Shown here piece by piece: positions 1 to 9,984 of a stretch of DNA of 64,000 nt (the stretch's first letter is position 1; each line of letters begins with the position of its first letter). The position numbers and the translations under genes are program-made. The notes beneath the pieces were generated by a model. That model was not told the origin of the DNA. It did no database searches and was given only the letters and a program-made list of their open reading frames with translations. Origin of the DNA: Microcoleus sp. (lineage in GTDB: Bacteria > Cyanobacteriota > Cyanobacteriia > Cyanobacteriales > Microcoleaceae); contig JAYFMW010000008.1 of NCBI GenBank assembly GCA_042408215.1, positions 32,001-96,000 of the forward strand, written 5' to 3'.

Positions 1-204
1 CGCGACTGGGAAGTCAAGGCTCGTGAGCGTCTCGCCGAACAAGTCGCAACAGAGAAAATTACTTACATAGATTTTCTTCCTATTTTCAATTCAGCGACGG
101 AACTTCCAAATTTGTATCGAGACAGCATTCACCTCAGTCCTCAAGGTAATCAGCTAGTTAGCCAAACCATCATTCGTCAAATAGTCCACATCTCTTTGAG
201 ATAA
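1..204 (+). CDS. C-terminal part of SGNH/GDSL hydrolase (runs off window start)
   Basis: Frame 1 is open from base 1 to TAA at 202-204 and reads ...IDFLPIF...LYRDSIHLSPQGN, with the block V DxxH motif. Confidence 0.7.
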   Translation, partial: RDWEVKARERLAEQVATEKITYIDFLPIFNSATELPNLYRDSIHLSPQGNQLVSQTIIRQIVHISLR

Positions 205-344
205 TTTGGCATAAATCGTGGCATAAATCGTGACATCGAATCCGGTTGCACAGGTACTGTTACCAAAGTAACGAACAACAAACCCAAACTGTAAAAGCAC
301 CCGGAAACGACTCTCCGTGTCATTCTGACCGCAGGGAAGAATTT

Positions 345-1439
345 CTAACTAACTTGCAAAGTAGACTCTAGCTCTTTCGGATACCAAGCTTGACCATCGA
401 GAGCTATTTGCTCGATCGAACTCGCAAGCCGCAGAGCTTTGAGAGCTTGTTCTCCCCCAACAGAAGGCTGATTTCCACCCCGCACGCAATTAATAAAATG
501 CTCCAACTCTGCGTGGAGCGGTTCAATATTGCTGGTGTAAACTTTCTCGATCAACCCATCTTGACGGTAAAGCACCTGACCGTAATCTGTCACGTAATTT
601 GCGGTTGTTTGTCGGTGAATCAAGATTTCGTTGTTGAGAAAATCTGCCTCGGTCAGAGAATTTTTGCAGTGAGCCACGATTGAACGGAGTTTGCGGTGCG
701 TCACCTTACTCGCAGTCAGGGTAGCCACAATGCCGTTAGCAAAGTTTAAAGTAGCTGTTACATAGTCTAAATAACCCGAATCTGAAGCCCTACTGCCGCT
801 AGCCGTCAGCTTCACCACTGGGGAAGCTGCCAATTCCAGCAGCAAGTCGATGTCGTGGATCATTAAATCCAAGACTACCGATACATCGTTGGCCCGATCG
901 GAATAGGGACTCATCCGGTGAGCTTCCAAGGCCAGCAACTCTTCAGTTTTCAGCACTTTGCCGAGTTCCTGAAACGCTGGATTAAAGCGCTCGATGTGAC
1001 CCACTTGCAAAATCCGGTGGGATTCTGCGGCCGCGTTGACCAAAGATTCGGCTTCAGCAATACTAGCCGCGATCGGCTTTTCAATTAAAACGTGAACACC
1101 CGCTTGGAGACAAGACATCCCCACAGGGTGGTGCAGGCGAGTTGGAACGGCGATGCAAACTGCATCGACGTGGGCGAGCAAATCCCGGTAGTCTTCAAAG
1201 AAGCGAACCCGGTACTTGCTGGCTACATCAATTCCCCGCTCTACATTTATGTCTGCAACACCCACGAGTTCGATATCTTTTAGCAAGCTCAGAACTCGCG
1301 TGTGGTGCTGGCCCATATTGCCAACCCCAATGATCCCAATGCGAAGGGGTTCGGGTTGACCTCGCTGGGCAAAAACGTTTGCGTATCCTAATGACATTCT
1401 ATCTAGCACTCCTGGATTCTCCTCCACCACAGGAATCAA
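345..1439 (-). CDS. Gfo/Idh/MocA family oxidoreductase
   Basis: Contains GIIGVGNMG Rossmann motif, HVLIEKP, VGHIERFNP and DLMIHDID. The true start may be the ATG at 1397. Confidence 0.9.
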   Translation of the reverse strand: MIPVVEENPGVLDRMSLGYANVFAQRGQPEPLRIGIIGVGNMGQHHTRVLSLLKDIELVGVADINVERGIDVASKYRVRFFEDYRDLLAHVDAVCIAVPTRLHHPVGMSCLQAGVHVLIEKPIAASIAEAESLVNAAAESHRILQVGHIERFNPAFQELGKVLKTEELLALEAHRMSPYSDRANDVSVVLDLMIHDIDLLLELAASPVVKLTASGSRASDSGYLDYVTATLNFANGIVATLTASKVTHRKLRSIVAHCKNSLTEADFLNNEILIHRQTTANYVTDYGQVLYRQDGLIEKVYTSNIEPLHAELEHFINCVRGGNQPSVGGEQALKALRLASSIEQIALDGQAWYPKELESTLQVS

Positions 1440-1527
1440 GCCGTTTGGCTTCCCTCAGCTACTCACAGCCATCCAGATAGTATCACAGTCAATCTATTTG
1501 TAAAGAATTTCTAAGTTTTCAGATGTT

Positions 1528-1567
1528 GAGGGAAGAGGGAAGAGGGAAGAGGGAAGAGGGAAGAAGG
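1528..1567. repeat. Heptamer tandem repeat (GGGAAGA)n
   Basis: About 5 direct copies visible in the intergenic DNA. Confidence 0.8.
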
Positions 1568-1620
1568 TTTTGTCAACAGTCCTCGACGCACTCCGACTCC
1601 GACTTCTGCCTTTTTCCGTT

Positions 1621-2952
1621 CTACCTCCTGTCTTCGGAAGATATGCGAGTTGCAAAATTTTGCGATCGATTGGGAGACAAAGCCCTGGCTTTCAAAATCG
1701 CTGCTACCAAAAACGCATAGGACAAAACTCCCACCGCAGCCAGCAACAGTACGCTGACACTTCCCGACGCATTCCACAAAGCGTGAAGCGCGGCAGCGGT
1801 GAAATAGCCTACGCCCAAAATTTGCCAGCGCTTCCTTGGTTTGAGGGCGCTCAACCCGATAAAATATCCCAGATAGCCGCTGTAAGCCATGTGTCCGGCG
1901 ACGGAGCCCAAAATTCGGGGAATTAGCAACTGCAATCCTACTAATTCTCCGGCGTCTGACCCTGCTTGTAGAGTGACATTTTGAATAATATTCGGAACGT
2001 ACTGTCCCAGAGTTTCTAATAGTGTAAAGCCAACTGCGGAGGCACTTCCTAACAGAATTCCGTCTAAAGGTTCCCAAACTCCGATGCGATCGCGCCAGGG
2101 ATTTCGCAACAAATTTCCCAGCAACATCGCGCCCAAGACTGGCAAGGCTTTCAGCAATTCTTCCATCAGCCCCGCCCCGAAAAACATTCGGATTAAGAAA
2201 GCCAAAAAACTGATTTGTTCGCCTTCTGCTGGCAGTCGTCCGGGCAAAATTTCTCTAAATACTACTATAAAGCCAATCAATAACGGGCTGAGTAAAATTA
2301 AGACGGTAGCTAAGGCAGAACAAAATAAGATCCACCAAGGCTTGTGTTTGCCGCACAGTTGATATATGAAATAGTAAGCTGCACCGGAAAGGTAAGCGGC
2401 CAGCAGAAAATTGAAAGCTGCTGAATTTCCGACTGCTACAAACATCGACACGACAAAAATAACTGTGGCAATTCCGGGATATAAGTAGGCTTTCTGTCTT
2501 AAGTGTTTTCCTGTTGAGGCGATCGGGAATAATTGAGTGAAAGTTAGACCTTCCTTTTCGCCCGCGTTAGAAAAGCTCTGATTTGCGGTTGGGAATCCGG
2601 GTTTATTTGGGTGAGGGGTTGGGGGAGTTTCAAATATAAATTCAGGGCCGTCAATACCGAGACTGATGCGATCGCCCGTTTCTAAAATTTGGCAGCCTTG
2701 CAGCCTTGTGCCATTTAAATAAGTTCCGTTTGCGCTGTTGAGGTCGCAAATTTCCCATTTAGGAAAATTGCCATTACTCAGGGGACGGACTGTGGCGTGG
2801 CGACGGGAAACCATAGCGTAGGCGATCGATTCCAAGGCTATTTGACAACTTCGATCGCGTCCGATCGCCACTTCCATAATTTCCGAAAGTGGGTACTTGG
2901 ATACTGTCGCACCCACAGCACCTTGAGCTGACACTTGTCGCAGAAATCCCAT
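1621..2952 (-). CDS. FHA domain + PrsW-family intramembrane metalloprotease
   Basis: FHA motifs (IGR..., VSRRHA, DLNSANGTYLNG) are followed by TM helices with PrsW motifs EELLK, GFTLLE, HMAYSG and HALWN. Confidence 0.85.
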   Translation of the reverse strand: MGFLRQVSAQGAVGATVSKYPLSEIMEVAIGRDRSCQIALESIAYAMVSRRHATVRPLSNGNFPKWEICDLNSANGTYLNGTRLQGCQILETGDRISLGIDGPEFIFETPPTPHPNKPGFPTANQSFSNAGEKEGLTFTQLFPIASTGKHLRQKAYLYPGIATVIFVVSMFVAVGNSAAFNFLLAAYLSGAAYYFIYQLCGKHKPWWILFCSALATVLILLSPLLIGFIVVFREILPGRLPAEGEQISFLAFLIRMFFGAGLMEELLKALPVLGAMLLGNLLRNPWRDRIGVWEPLDGILLGSASAVGFTLLETLGQYVPNIIQNVTLQAGSDAGELVGLQLLIPRILGSVAGHMAYSGYLGYFIGLSALKPRKRWQILGVGYFTAAALHALWNASGSVSVLLLAAVGVLSYAFLVAAILKARALSPNRSQNFATRISSEDRR

Positions 2953-2953
2953 C

Positions 2954-3217
2954 TTATTAGTTATTAGTTATTAGTCATTAGTTATTAGTCATTAGTCATT
3001 AGTCATTAGTCATTAGTCATTAGTCATCAGTCATTAGTCATTAGTCATTAGTCATTAGTTATTAGTTATTAGTCATTAGTCATTAGTCATTAGTCATTAG
3101 TCATTAGTCATTAGTTATTAGTTATTAGTCATTAGTCATTAGTCATCAGTCATCAGTCATAGTTATTAATCATTAGTTATTTGTGATTGATGATTGGCAA
3201 TCGGTTATTAGTTATTA
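2954..3217. repeat. STRR-type heptamer array (TTAGTCA/TTAGTTA)n
   Basis: About 30 near-identical 7-mers; a reverse-complement tract (TGACTAA)n lies at 3312-3362. Confidence 0.95.
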
Positions 3218-3361
3218 GTAACAATCAACAACTAACCACTAACACCTAACAACTAGAAATCAACAACAAGTAATATAGGGCAACTCACCAAGAACAAATA
3301 ACAAATAACAACTGACTAATGACTGCTGACTAATGACTAATGACTGCTGACTAATGACTAA

Positions 3362-3565
3362 TTATAAATTTGCTCTAGCATCCCGAACGGCTGCATAGAA
3401 AAATAGCCCTGTGAGCGGTACACTGAGGGCGAGGATGATGCCTGTGACTACAGTGCCGAGTTGAGCTTCTCCCGAAGATAGCTCAAAGACTGAGCCGACT
3501 GCGGCGATCGCAGCAATGCACGAAAGAGCTAAAAATAAACTACTTTTTGGAGTTCCTGCCATCAT
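3362..3565 (-). CDS. Small two-TM hypothetical protein translationally coupled to def
   Basis: 67 aa with two hydrophobic helices; the start overlaps the def stop (ATGA). Confidence 0.7.
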   Translation of the reverse strand: MMAGTPKSSLFLALSCIAAIAAVGSVFELSSGEAQLGTVVTGIILALSVPLTGLFFYAAVRDARANL

Positions 3566-4122
3566 ACCGATTTTACCGCCTTTGGTGAAAATTTATGCTT
3601 GACTAATTCTTCGTTTAGTGCCAATTTGTTTTCTACTCTGTCTACAAATAGCACTCCATTGAGATGATCCATTTCGTGCTGAATAGCCCTCGAAAGTAAT
3701 TCTGTGGCTTTCAGGGTTTGCGGGCGGCCGTATTCGTCGCGGTAGGACACTTCAATCACTTCTGGGCGCTTGACCTCTAAATAGACTCCCGGAATGCTCA
3801 AACACCCTTCTTGCAATATACAGACTTGGCCGCTGCTACTTTTGATAGTGGGGTTGATCAAAACCAGCGGGGGTTTTGCTGGGTTGTCCGGTTCGCAGTC
3901 GAGCACGATGACTTGTTTGTGCACTCCGACTTGGGGGGCGGCTAAACCGATGCCCTCAGCACTGTACATGGTTTGCAGCATTTCTCGGACTAGCTGCCGA
4001 ATTTCTGCATCGACGCTTTTGACGCGCTTTGCTGGCTGGCGCAGCACGCGATCGCCCAATGTGTGTATGGTTAGGGGCGGTTGTTCTAACTTTTTCTTTT
4101 CAACCAAAACCTGAGCAGTCAT
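3562..4122 (-). CDS. def: Peptide deformylase
   Basis: Contains the three PDF motifs GIGLAAPQ, EGCLSIP and QHEMDHLNG. Confidence 0.97.
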   Translation of the reverse strand: MTAQVLVEKKKLEQPPLTIHTLGDRVLRQPAKRVKSVDAEIRQLVREMLQTMYSAEGIGLAAPQVGVHKQVIVLDCEPDNPAKPPLVLINPTIKSSSGQVCILQEGCLSIPGVYLEVKRPEVIEVSYRDEYGRPQTLKATELLSRAIQHEMDHLNGVLFVDRVENKLALNEELVKHKFSPKAVKSV

Positions 4123-4379
4123 AGCATCCTTACTTGATATTTGGGGCTACATTGGAACCAATAGCTGGTAAAAGTATAGTCATCTATTACAGTGCCATGG
4201 GAGGCGTTGAGTCCCTCCCCTTTCGCTTTCACTTCGAGCGGATTAACCCGCCTCGGCTGAACTACGCAGCTCTCTATCCCATCGCTAAACGCATTTGGGA
4301 TTGCTTTTCTCAAAATATTGTAAGACCCGTTAACATCGGCGTTAATCAATCGACCCTTCTGACTATATGATACTACCAT
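4119..4379 (-). pseudogene. C-terminal remnant of IS200/IS605 TnpB
   Basis: LINADVNGSYNILRK matches the TnpB RuvC-III region; the rest of the gene is missing. Confidence 0.7.
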
Positions 4380-4452
4380 TGTCTATTGATGCTTACAATC
4401 TTAATGAAGTTTTACAATACTATTTCCAATCTTAATCTAAATTAACGTACCG

Positions 4453-4779
4453 ATGACGGTCAACACGCCCAACCCACAACCTGTGATTTCTCTGAGGCGC
4501 CACTGTTGATAGCCGGAGAGTTGGCTGCTGCGATCGCGATTTTACTGTCTGTTTTGATAATTATACAGTTTTGGGCTGTTCTGCCCGATCGCATTCCGAT
4601 TCATTTCGGTTTTTCTGACCAGCCTGATGCTTGGGGCGACAAGGTGATGATTTGGCTGCTATCGGCGGTTGCTACGATTATTTTTGTGAAGGTTTAGTAT
4701 GCAGTTTGTTTTGGGGATGATTATTTTGATATTTGGGACTGTTGGCGTGTATTTTATCAAGGCTTATTTGGCTCGCTAG
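4453..4779 (+). pseudogene. Degraded DUF1648-domain membrane protein
   Basis: LPDRIPIHFGFSDQPDAWGDK motif; the ATG at 4453 runs into a stop and the motif lies in another frame. Confidence 0.55.
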
Positions 4780-5056
4780 ATTTATGGTAAACACCTTTCA
4801 TAAAAATGGTTTTTAGTGAGAAATTTATGCCTCATAAAACTTTTAAAACTCAAGTCCTAACTACCAACTTTTGGGATTTTGGGTAATCGATCGGACCTGA
4901 TATAAATCACAGGTGGAACGCCGGAACCACGGTAAACGCCGATGGATTAAACCATCAGATATGTTTGTTCTTCATAAAAAAGCTCGGTAAGTGGGAAACT
5001 CAGTGGCTTCAGCCCTGAGAGGGAAACGACCCGGCGGTTTCAACCGCCTTGAATCT

Positions 5057-6328
5057 TTAAAATGCGTAACTGTAGCCATCTTTGTGATGAACAATTTTGC
5101 AGTATTTGTGACTAACTCCTTGCACCAATTCTGATGTCGAGATGTTGAATGAACCTGTCGATCTAACTGCAACTCGACCAACATACTCACCTATTTTTTT
5201 GCCATTCGTGACGACTGCTTTTACAATGTCGCCAGTTTGAAAACCCTTGACAAACTTGTTTCTCGGAACGTACCGAGATGGGAATCCAAACTTGTCTGTG
5301 CGACACATTTGACGAGTTCCATGTCCTGTTGCTTTAATCCACAATGGCTTACTTGTTATTACGGACAAGGATTCAATTTGACCAACACAAGCAGCATCAA
5401 GCCAATGAGTTTTAGGTAGTTGTAGTCGAGTGCGATTAAACTTGGTCAGTCCACCTGAACCAGTTAAAACAGGCAACCCCGTTTCTTTTAAGCAACTAAA
5501 TAACGCCCATCGAGTCGAATTTACAGCAGCAGCGTCCTTCAGTGGACGTTTCGCTTGTGCAAGAATGTGTTTCAAGATATCAGGCTTCTTGACTAAGAAT
5601 TGCTTAATATCCTGAGTACCTTTTTTCTGATTACATTTCTCGCAAGCAAGACAGAGATTAGAAATTCGGTTACTTCCGCCTTTGGCTTTGGGATGAATGT
5701 GCTCAACCTGCAATGGTACATTTTCAGCACTACAGTAAGCACATTTTCTATTCCACTTGTTAAGCAGATATTCACGAACTTCGTAACCTTGTAGTTCGCC
5801 TTGCTGGTATTCGATTCCTAAAATTTCAGGATTCTCAAGTTGTTGCAGGTCAAATCTGACAAGCTCTTGAACGATTAAACCAATAGGTGCAAGTTTGATG
5901 AATTTAATTACCCAAGTTAGGGTTGTTTCTACCCGATGTTGCAAGCTAGGAGCTAACCAATCTTGTTTACGGGTACGGTTTAAAAACCTTGCTTGGCGGT
6001 AACGAGTGTGACGATTTCTGCGTGAACGACGCAGTGAGCGGCGCGATTCAAGACTTGCTTTGATGGTTTGACCGCGATGGGTTAGTTCAGCGCCAAAGAT
6101 GACTTTTCCTCCTTGCACTAATGCGATGCCTGTAGTTTTTGAACCAGGATCTATCTTCAAGGTAATTGATTCAGACGTTGTTGTTACTGCCACTTTCAAG
6201 ATGATGGTAAACGGATATTTCCGAAATACCGCAGCTTTTCCGGTGTCCAGCAACCTACGTGCTTGACCGGGTTGAACGGGGTTAAGCGGTCGTTTCTCAG
6301 TGTCTAGAACAAAAACAAAATTAGACAT
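5057..6328 (-). CDS. iscB: RNA-guided endonuclease IscB
   Basis: PLMP-like RPLNP, RuvC-I IDPGSKTTG, Arg-rich bridge helix, RuvC-II QELVRFD, HNH (CAYC...VEHIHPK...N...CEKCN), RuvC-III HWLDAA; no disruptions seen. Confidence 0.95.
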   Translation of the reverse strand: MSNFVFVLDTEKRPLNPVQPGQARRLLDTGKAAVFRKYPFTIILKVAVTTTSESITLKIDPGSKTTGIALVQGGKVIFGAELTHRGQTIKASLESRRSLRRSRRNRHTRYRQARFLNRTRKQDWLAPSLQHRVETTLTWVIKFIKLAPIGLIVQELVRFDLQQLENPEILGIEYQQGELQGYEVREYLLNKWNRKCAYCSAENVPLQVEHIHPKAKGGSNRISNLCLACEKCNQKKGTQDIKQFLVKKPDILKHILAQAKRPLKDAAAVNSTRWALFSCLKETGLPVLTGSGGLTKFNRTRLQLPKTHWLDAACVGQIESLSVITSKPLWIKATGHGTRQMCRTDKFGFPSRYVPRNKFVKGFQTGDIVKAVVTNGKKIGEYVGRVAVRSTGSFNISTSELVQGVSHKYCKIVHHKDGYSYAF

Positions 6329-6568
6329 TTCAGTCCTCCCTTTCGGGGTAATGTTAGCTTCGCCAATGTTATTAGGGCTTGTTAGGCTAGCAGCACTATT
6401 CCAGTGACTTTAGAACTGTTTAACTACTAGCGACAGAGCAAGGGACTAGCTTCGCATCCACAGGGTGTCGTGACCCACATAACGTAGTCAGTTAAGACTT
6501 AGGCTGGTCAGTACAGCCTGCTCGATTACTCTTACAAGCTCAGTGGCTTTAGCCCGCTCGTTACTGAC
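6329..6568 (-). ncRNA. omegaRNA (HEARO-type) scaffold of the IscB element
   Basis: About 240 nt of non-coding DNA directly upstream of iscB, with GTCAGTA...TACTGACCAG pairing, CTACGTT and GGCGAAG blocks typical of IscB omegaRNAs. Confidence 0.85.
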
Positions 6569-6991
6569 TCATCGGCAATACTCGCAGCCGTTGATTTTTT
6601 AAATCCGGTTCTAAGCCTAGCCTTGACCTTGGAATCACAGCAAAACCGCATCAACTCCTTCGGGCATTTCCAGACAGTCAAATACTGCTTGTCGCCCTTC
6701 AACTTCCAGCATAATATCTTGAAATATCCGCCCTTTTCTCACCCCCGCAGCAGTTTCTACATTGGTTTCTCCAAGCAGGCTTAAACCCAACTGGCCGATC
6801 GTGGAAGCTGGTAAGGCCAGTAGAGTGGCTCCGGTATCGACTAGAACTCGATCGAGAGTGAATGAACGAATTTCACCCGCAGGAATAAACCCGCGCTCAG
6901 CGAGGACTTGATCGATGCGATTCGTGACGGAGATTGTTGTAATAACTTGACCCATTTGTTTTCCTTGAAGATTGGGGAGTACGAGTGTCAT
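6569..6991 (-). pseudogene. Retropepsin-like aspartyl protease, frameshifted near the 3' end and interrupted by the IscB element (last codons at 4947-4975)
   Basis: VLVDTGAT motif. After the stop at 6635 another frame continues VIP..LGLEPDLKNQRLRVLPM, then NEEQTYLMV* beyond the element. Confidence 0.8.
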
Positions 6992-7070
6992 ATTATGTTA
7001 CCTGTTTGAGTGCAATTGGTTGATTCTTTTATTTTAATGTTATCTACAACAGGACTGAGGGACGGGTGTC

Positions 7071-7136
7071 AGAAACCGGGTTTTTTACCGAATCTGCGAT
7101 GCTCTAACCAAGTATCTCGTAAAAAACCAGGTTTCT
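7071..7136. repeat. Dispersed inverted-repeat element AGAAACCGGGTTTY...AAACCCGGTTTCT
   Basis: Related copies at 14042-14113, 50277-50343 and 62026-62168. Confidence 0.75.
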
Positions 7137-7227
7137 CGGCTCCAATGCGTTCAGGACTATAGAATTGTCCGGGGTTGGTTAAAATGGTAGTTCACTGACT
7201 AGCCGCCTTGAAAATTAGCCTGAACGC

Positions 7228-8520
7228 ATGACACCAGAACCCAACTCTTCTCAACCCAATCCTTCTGAGTCGATCGCGACTGTAGAAACTCTCAACGGTG
7301 CTAACCCGAATCTGCCGGCAGAGCAAGGGACAATAGTTGCTAATGCTGAACCGGAAAAACCGTTACCGCCACCTCCAACCCGTAGGGTTTTGTCGCCGCA
7401 GTACCCGACACAAACGACTGCTGAAATGTCTGGTTCGGTGCTGATTTTGGGGTCGATCGCTGCGATGATTGTAGGGTTAGCAAACGACGTTGTTTGGATC
7501 GGCTTAATTGGCGCGATCGCCGCGATCGGGATATCGCTGCGACTGATGTGGCCCAATTGGGGCAAAATCTGGGTGCAGGTAATTCCCCCAGCTTGGCGCA
7601 CCCTGATCGTCGCCTGCTTCGGTCTTTTAGCTGGGATTGTGGGCTTGCTGATGCTCAGCGGTACTAATACTGAACCGGGAAGTCGCAACATCCAAATTAA
7701 CTGGGATGCTATCGGAGCTCTCGGCGAGTTAATTGGCGCTTTGGGCCAAATTTTGATCGCAATTTTAGGCGTTTATGTGGCTTGGCGGCAGTATGTAATC
7801 TCGAAAGATTTGACTATTCAGCAAAACAGAATTACTCAGCAGCAAACGATAGATGCTTATTTTCAAGGGGTGTCGGATTTAGCCCTCGATGAACAAGGAT
7901 TTTTGGAAGATTGGCCGCAGGAAAGGGCGATCGCCGAAGGCCGTACCGCTGCGATTATGAGTAGTGTAGATGCTGAAGGAAAAGCTAAAATTCTCCGGTT
8001 TTTGTCGCAGTCGAGATTGGTTACTCCCTTACAGCGCGATCGACTTTTAGGCCGCCCCATCCTCGACGGTAATGGCGGCTATGCTGAAGATCGGGATTAC
8101 GGTATCCGCGTGATCGATTTAAATGTCATGTTAGCCGGTGCTGACCTCGCCAGCACAGACTTGCGGTGGACGGATTTGAGCGACGCTAACCTCGTCCGGG
8201 CCAATCTCAGCAAGTGCGATTTGGTGAAAGCCAATTTCTCCCGCGCTGTCTTGTACGACGCTAATCTCTCGCGGGCTGACTTGAAAGGGGCTACCTTATT
8301 CTACGGCTCGATCGACACTGCTTCGCCCCGCAGCCGCAACGAATCTCCCAACTACAAAACGGGGGAATATACCGGCGCTGTGCTGGAACGTGCTGATTTC
8401 ACTGGTGTCAAGCGACTGTCGGAGGAGCAGCGCCAATACTGCTGCGCTTGGTGTGGCTCGAAGTCGAGAGATACTATTCCCGGTGGTTGCGAAGGTATTC
8501 CCAATAAACTAGGGCGGTGA
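7228..8520 (+). CDS. Membrane-anchored pentapeptide repeat protein
   Basis: N-terminal TM helices and C-terminal A(D/N)Lxx repeats. Confidence 0.85.
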   Translation: MTPEPNSSQPNPSESIATVETLNGANPNLPAEQGTIVANAEPEKPLPPPPTRRVLSPQYPTQTTAEMSGSVLILGSIAAMIVGLANDVVWIGLIGAIAAIGISLRLMWPNWGKIWVQVIPPAWRTLIVACFGLLAGIVGLLMLSGTNTEPGSRNIQINWDAIGALGELIGALGQILIAILGVYVAWRQYVISKDLTIQQNRITQQQTIDAYFQGVSDLALDEQGFLEDWPQERAIAEGRTAAIMSSVDAEGKAKILRFLSQSRLVTPLQRDRLLGRPILDGNGGYAEDRDYGIRVIDLNVMLAGADLASTDLRWTDLSDANLVRANLSKCDLVKANFSRAVLYDANLSRADLKGATLFYGSIDTASPRSRNESPNYKTGEYTGAVLERADFTGVKRLSEEQRQYCCAWCGSKSRDTIPGGCEGIPNKLGR

Positions 8521-8540
8521 ACAAGGGCGATCGCACTGGA

Positions 8541-8718
8541 GTAGCGACGCACCCTACAGCTACTGTATGCACCGGTGCGTCGCTGCGAGATCGTTGCTCT
8601 TTTTTAGGATTTAAGGGTAGCGACGCACCCTACAGCTACTGTATGCACCGGTGCGTCGCTGGGAGATCGTCGCTCTTTTTTAGGATTTAAGGGTAGCGAC
8701 GCACCCTACAGCTACTGT
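8541..8718. repeat. Tandem 76-bp repeat (2.3 copies) built on a REP-like palindrome
   Basis: Units start at 8541, 8617 and 8693; each has AGCGACGCACC...GGTGCGTCGCT arms. Confidence 0.85.
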
Positions 8719-8818
8719 TGCATGAGTTTTGAGAATTAGTATTACGTTTATATTTGGCGATCGGAATGCAGCGGACTATACTTGGATTTTAAATCCACAG
8801 TCTTGCGCTGTTTTAGAG

Positions 8819-9967
8819 ATGACAAATACTGATTTAGGGCTAGCAGCAAGTCCGCATCGGGAAGACCACAACAGCAGGAACGGATGGATTTTTGTGATTG
8901 CTATGTGGTTCCTGAGTCGATCGGTAATTGCGATCGGGATGCAGGTAATTGCCCCTTTAATATGTCAGAAACCCCCCTTGTATAACCCCCCCTTACCTCT
9001 GGGTTTTGTGAGCGGCTTCCTGCCCAAAAGTGGTTGGGAACTATTTTCAAATTGGGATGGTAAATGGTATACCCAAATCGCAACTTCAGGCTACAGCTAT
9101 GCAGACGATGGGCAGTATCATTCTGTAGCTTTTTATCCGCTGTTTCCTCTGCTAATTCGGGGATTAATGAGCTTGGGAATGCCACTGGAAATATCAGGGG
9201 TACTGCTCAACAGTTTAGCGTTTCTCGGTGCATTAGTCCTGGTCTATTTTTGGGTAGAGGAGCAATACGATACTGGTGCGGCTAAATGGACAACTGCTGT
9301 GCTGGCGTGGTGTCCGTTCTCGCTATTTTGCACTGTAATTTATACAGAGGGATTGTTTCTGTTGCTGACAACAGCGGCTTTGCGATTCTTTGAGAGGGGC
9401 GAGTATATTCTGGCTGCTATTTGCGGAGCTTTGACTACTGCTACTAGGGGGCCGGGAGTGGCGCTGATACCTGCTTTTTTGCTGGTAGCTTGGAGAGAAA
9501 AAAGACCTCCTATGGCCTATATTGCGGGTTTTGCTAGTGCACTAGGTTTGCTTTGTTTCAGTCTCTATTGCGCTCTTCGTTTTGGAGATGCTTTGGCATT
9601 TGTTCACGTCCAGAAAGCCTGGGTTCAGCCTAGTTGGTTACAGATATTTATTGATTTTCTGAGTTTTCGCCTGCAAGCTGTTAGTAAAGTTGTGATGATT
9701 TTTGGCGGTTGCTATTTGTTATGGTACTTGCGAAAACGGCTCAGCAGCACAGTGTTCTCCTACGGTTTTTGCTCTTTAGCACTGCTTGTAAACTCGGGGG
9801 TTCTTCAATCCGTCCACCGCTGTGCTTACGGCCTTGTGTCCCTGTCAATAGGACTCGGTTTGTTGCTGAGTGCTAAGCCTCGGTGGGGATACGCTCTTAT
9901 GGCATTATTTGCTACATTCCTGCTCTATATTGCAGTTAAATTTGCTGGTTTTTTGTGGGTAGCTTAG
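8819..9967 (+). CDS. PIG-V-like mannosyltransferase (GT-C fold membrane protein)
   Basis: WDGKWY, AFYPLFP and YTEGLF motifs with multiple TM helices. Confidence 0.8.
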   Translation: MTNTDLGLAASPHREDHNSRNGWIFVIAMWFLSRSVIAIGMQVIAPLICQKPPLYNPPLPLGFVSGFLPKSGWELFSNWDGKWYTQIATSGYSYADDGQYHSVAFYPLFPLLIRGLMSLGMPLEISGVLLNSLAFLGALVLVYFWVEEQYDTGAAKWTTAVLAWCPFSLFCTVIYTEGLFLLLTTAALRFFERGEYILAAICGALTTATRGPGVALIPAFLLVAWREKRPPMAYIAGFASALGLLCFSLYCALRFGDALAFVHVQKAWVQPSWLQIFIDFLSFRLQAVSKVVMIFGGCYLLWYLRKRLSSTVFSYGFCSLALLVNSGVLQSVHRCAYGLVSLSIGLGLLLSAKPRWGYALMALFATFLLYIAVKFAGFLWVA

Positions 9968-9984
9968 AGCCGATCGAACTTAAT

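Larger units (their letters stand above)
4976..6568 (-). mobile_element. IS200/IS605-family IscB (OMEGA) element without tnpA
   Basis: On the minus strand it begins GTCAGTAAC at 6568 and ends ...CCGAGCTTTTTT at 4976. Removing it rejoins CCG ATG A|AT GAA GAA CAA ACA TAT CTG ATG GTT TAA, the 3' end of the flanking protease gene. Confidence 0.9.

Noticed and set aside
1511..2077. Overlapping and antisense ORFs in the track (e.g. 1511-2077, 7251-7691, 29266-29664, 45049-45495, 53328-53747)
   Set aside because: Shadow frames of well-supported genes or repeat-derived, with no recognisable motifs.
5057..6328. Cas9
   Set aside because: Only 423 aa, has a PLMP-type N-terminus and omegaRNA, no REC lobe or array; this is IscB.
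8541..8718. Possible CRISPR array
   Set aside because: The inter-repeat segments are near-identical, so it is a tandem repeat; no cas genes nearby.
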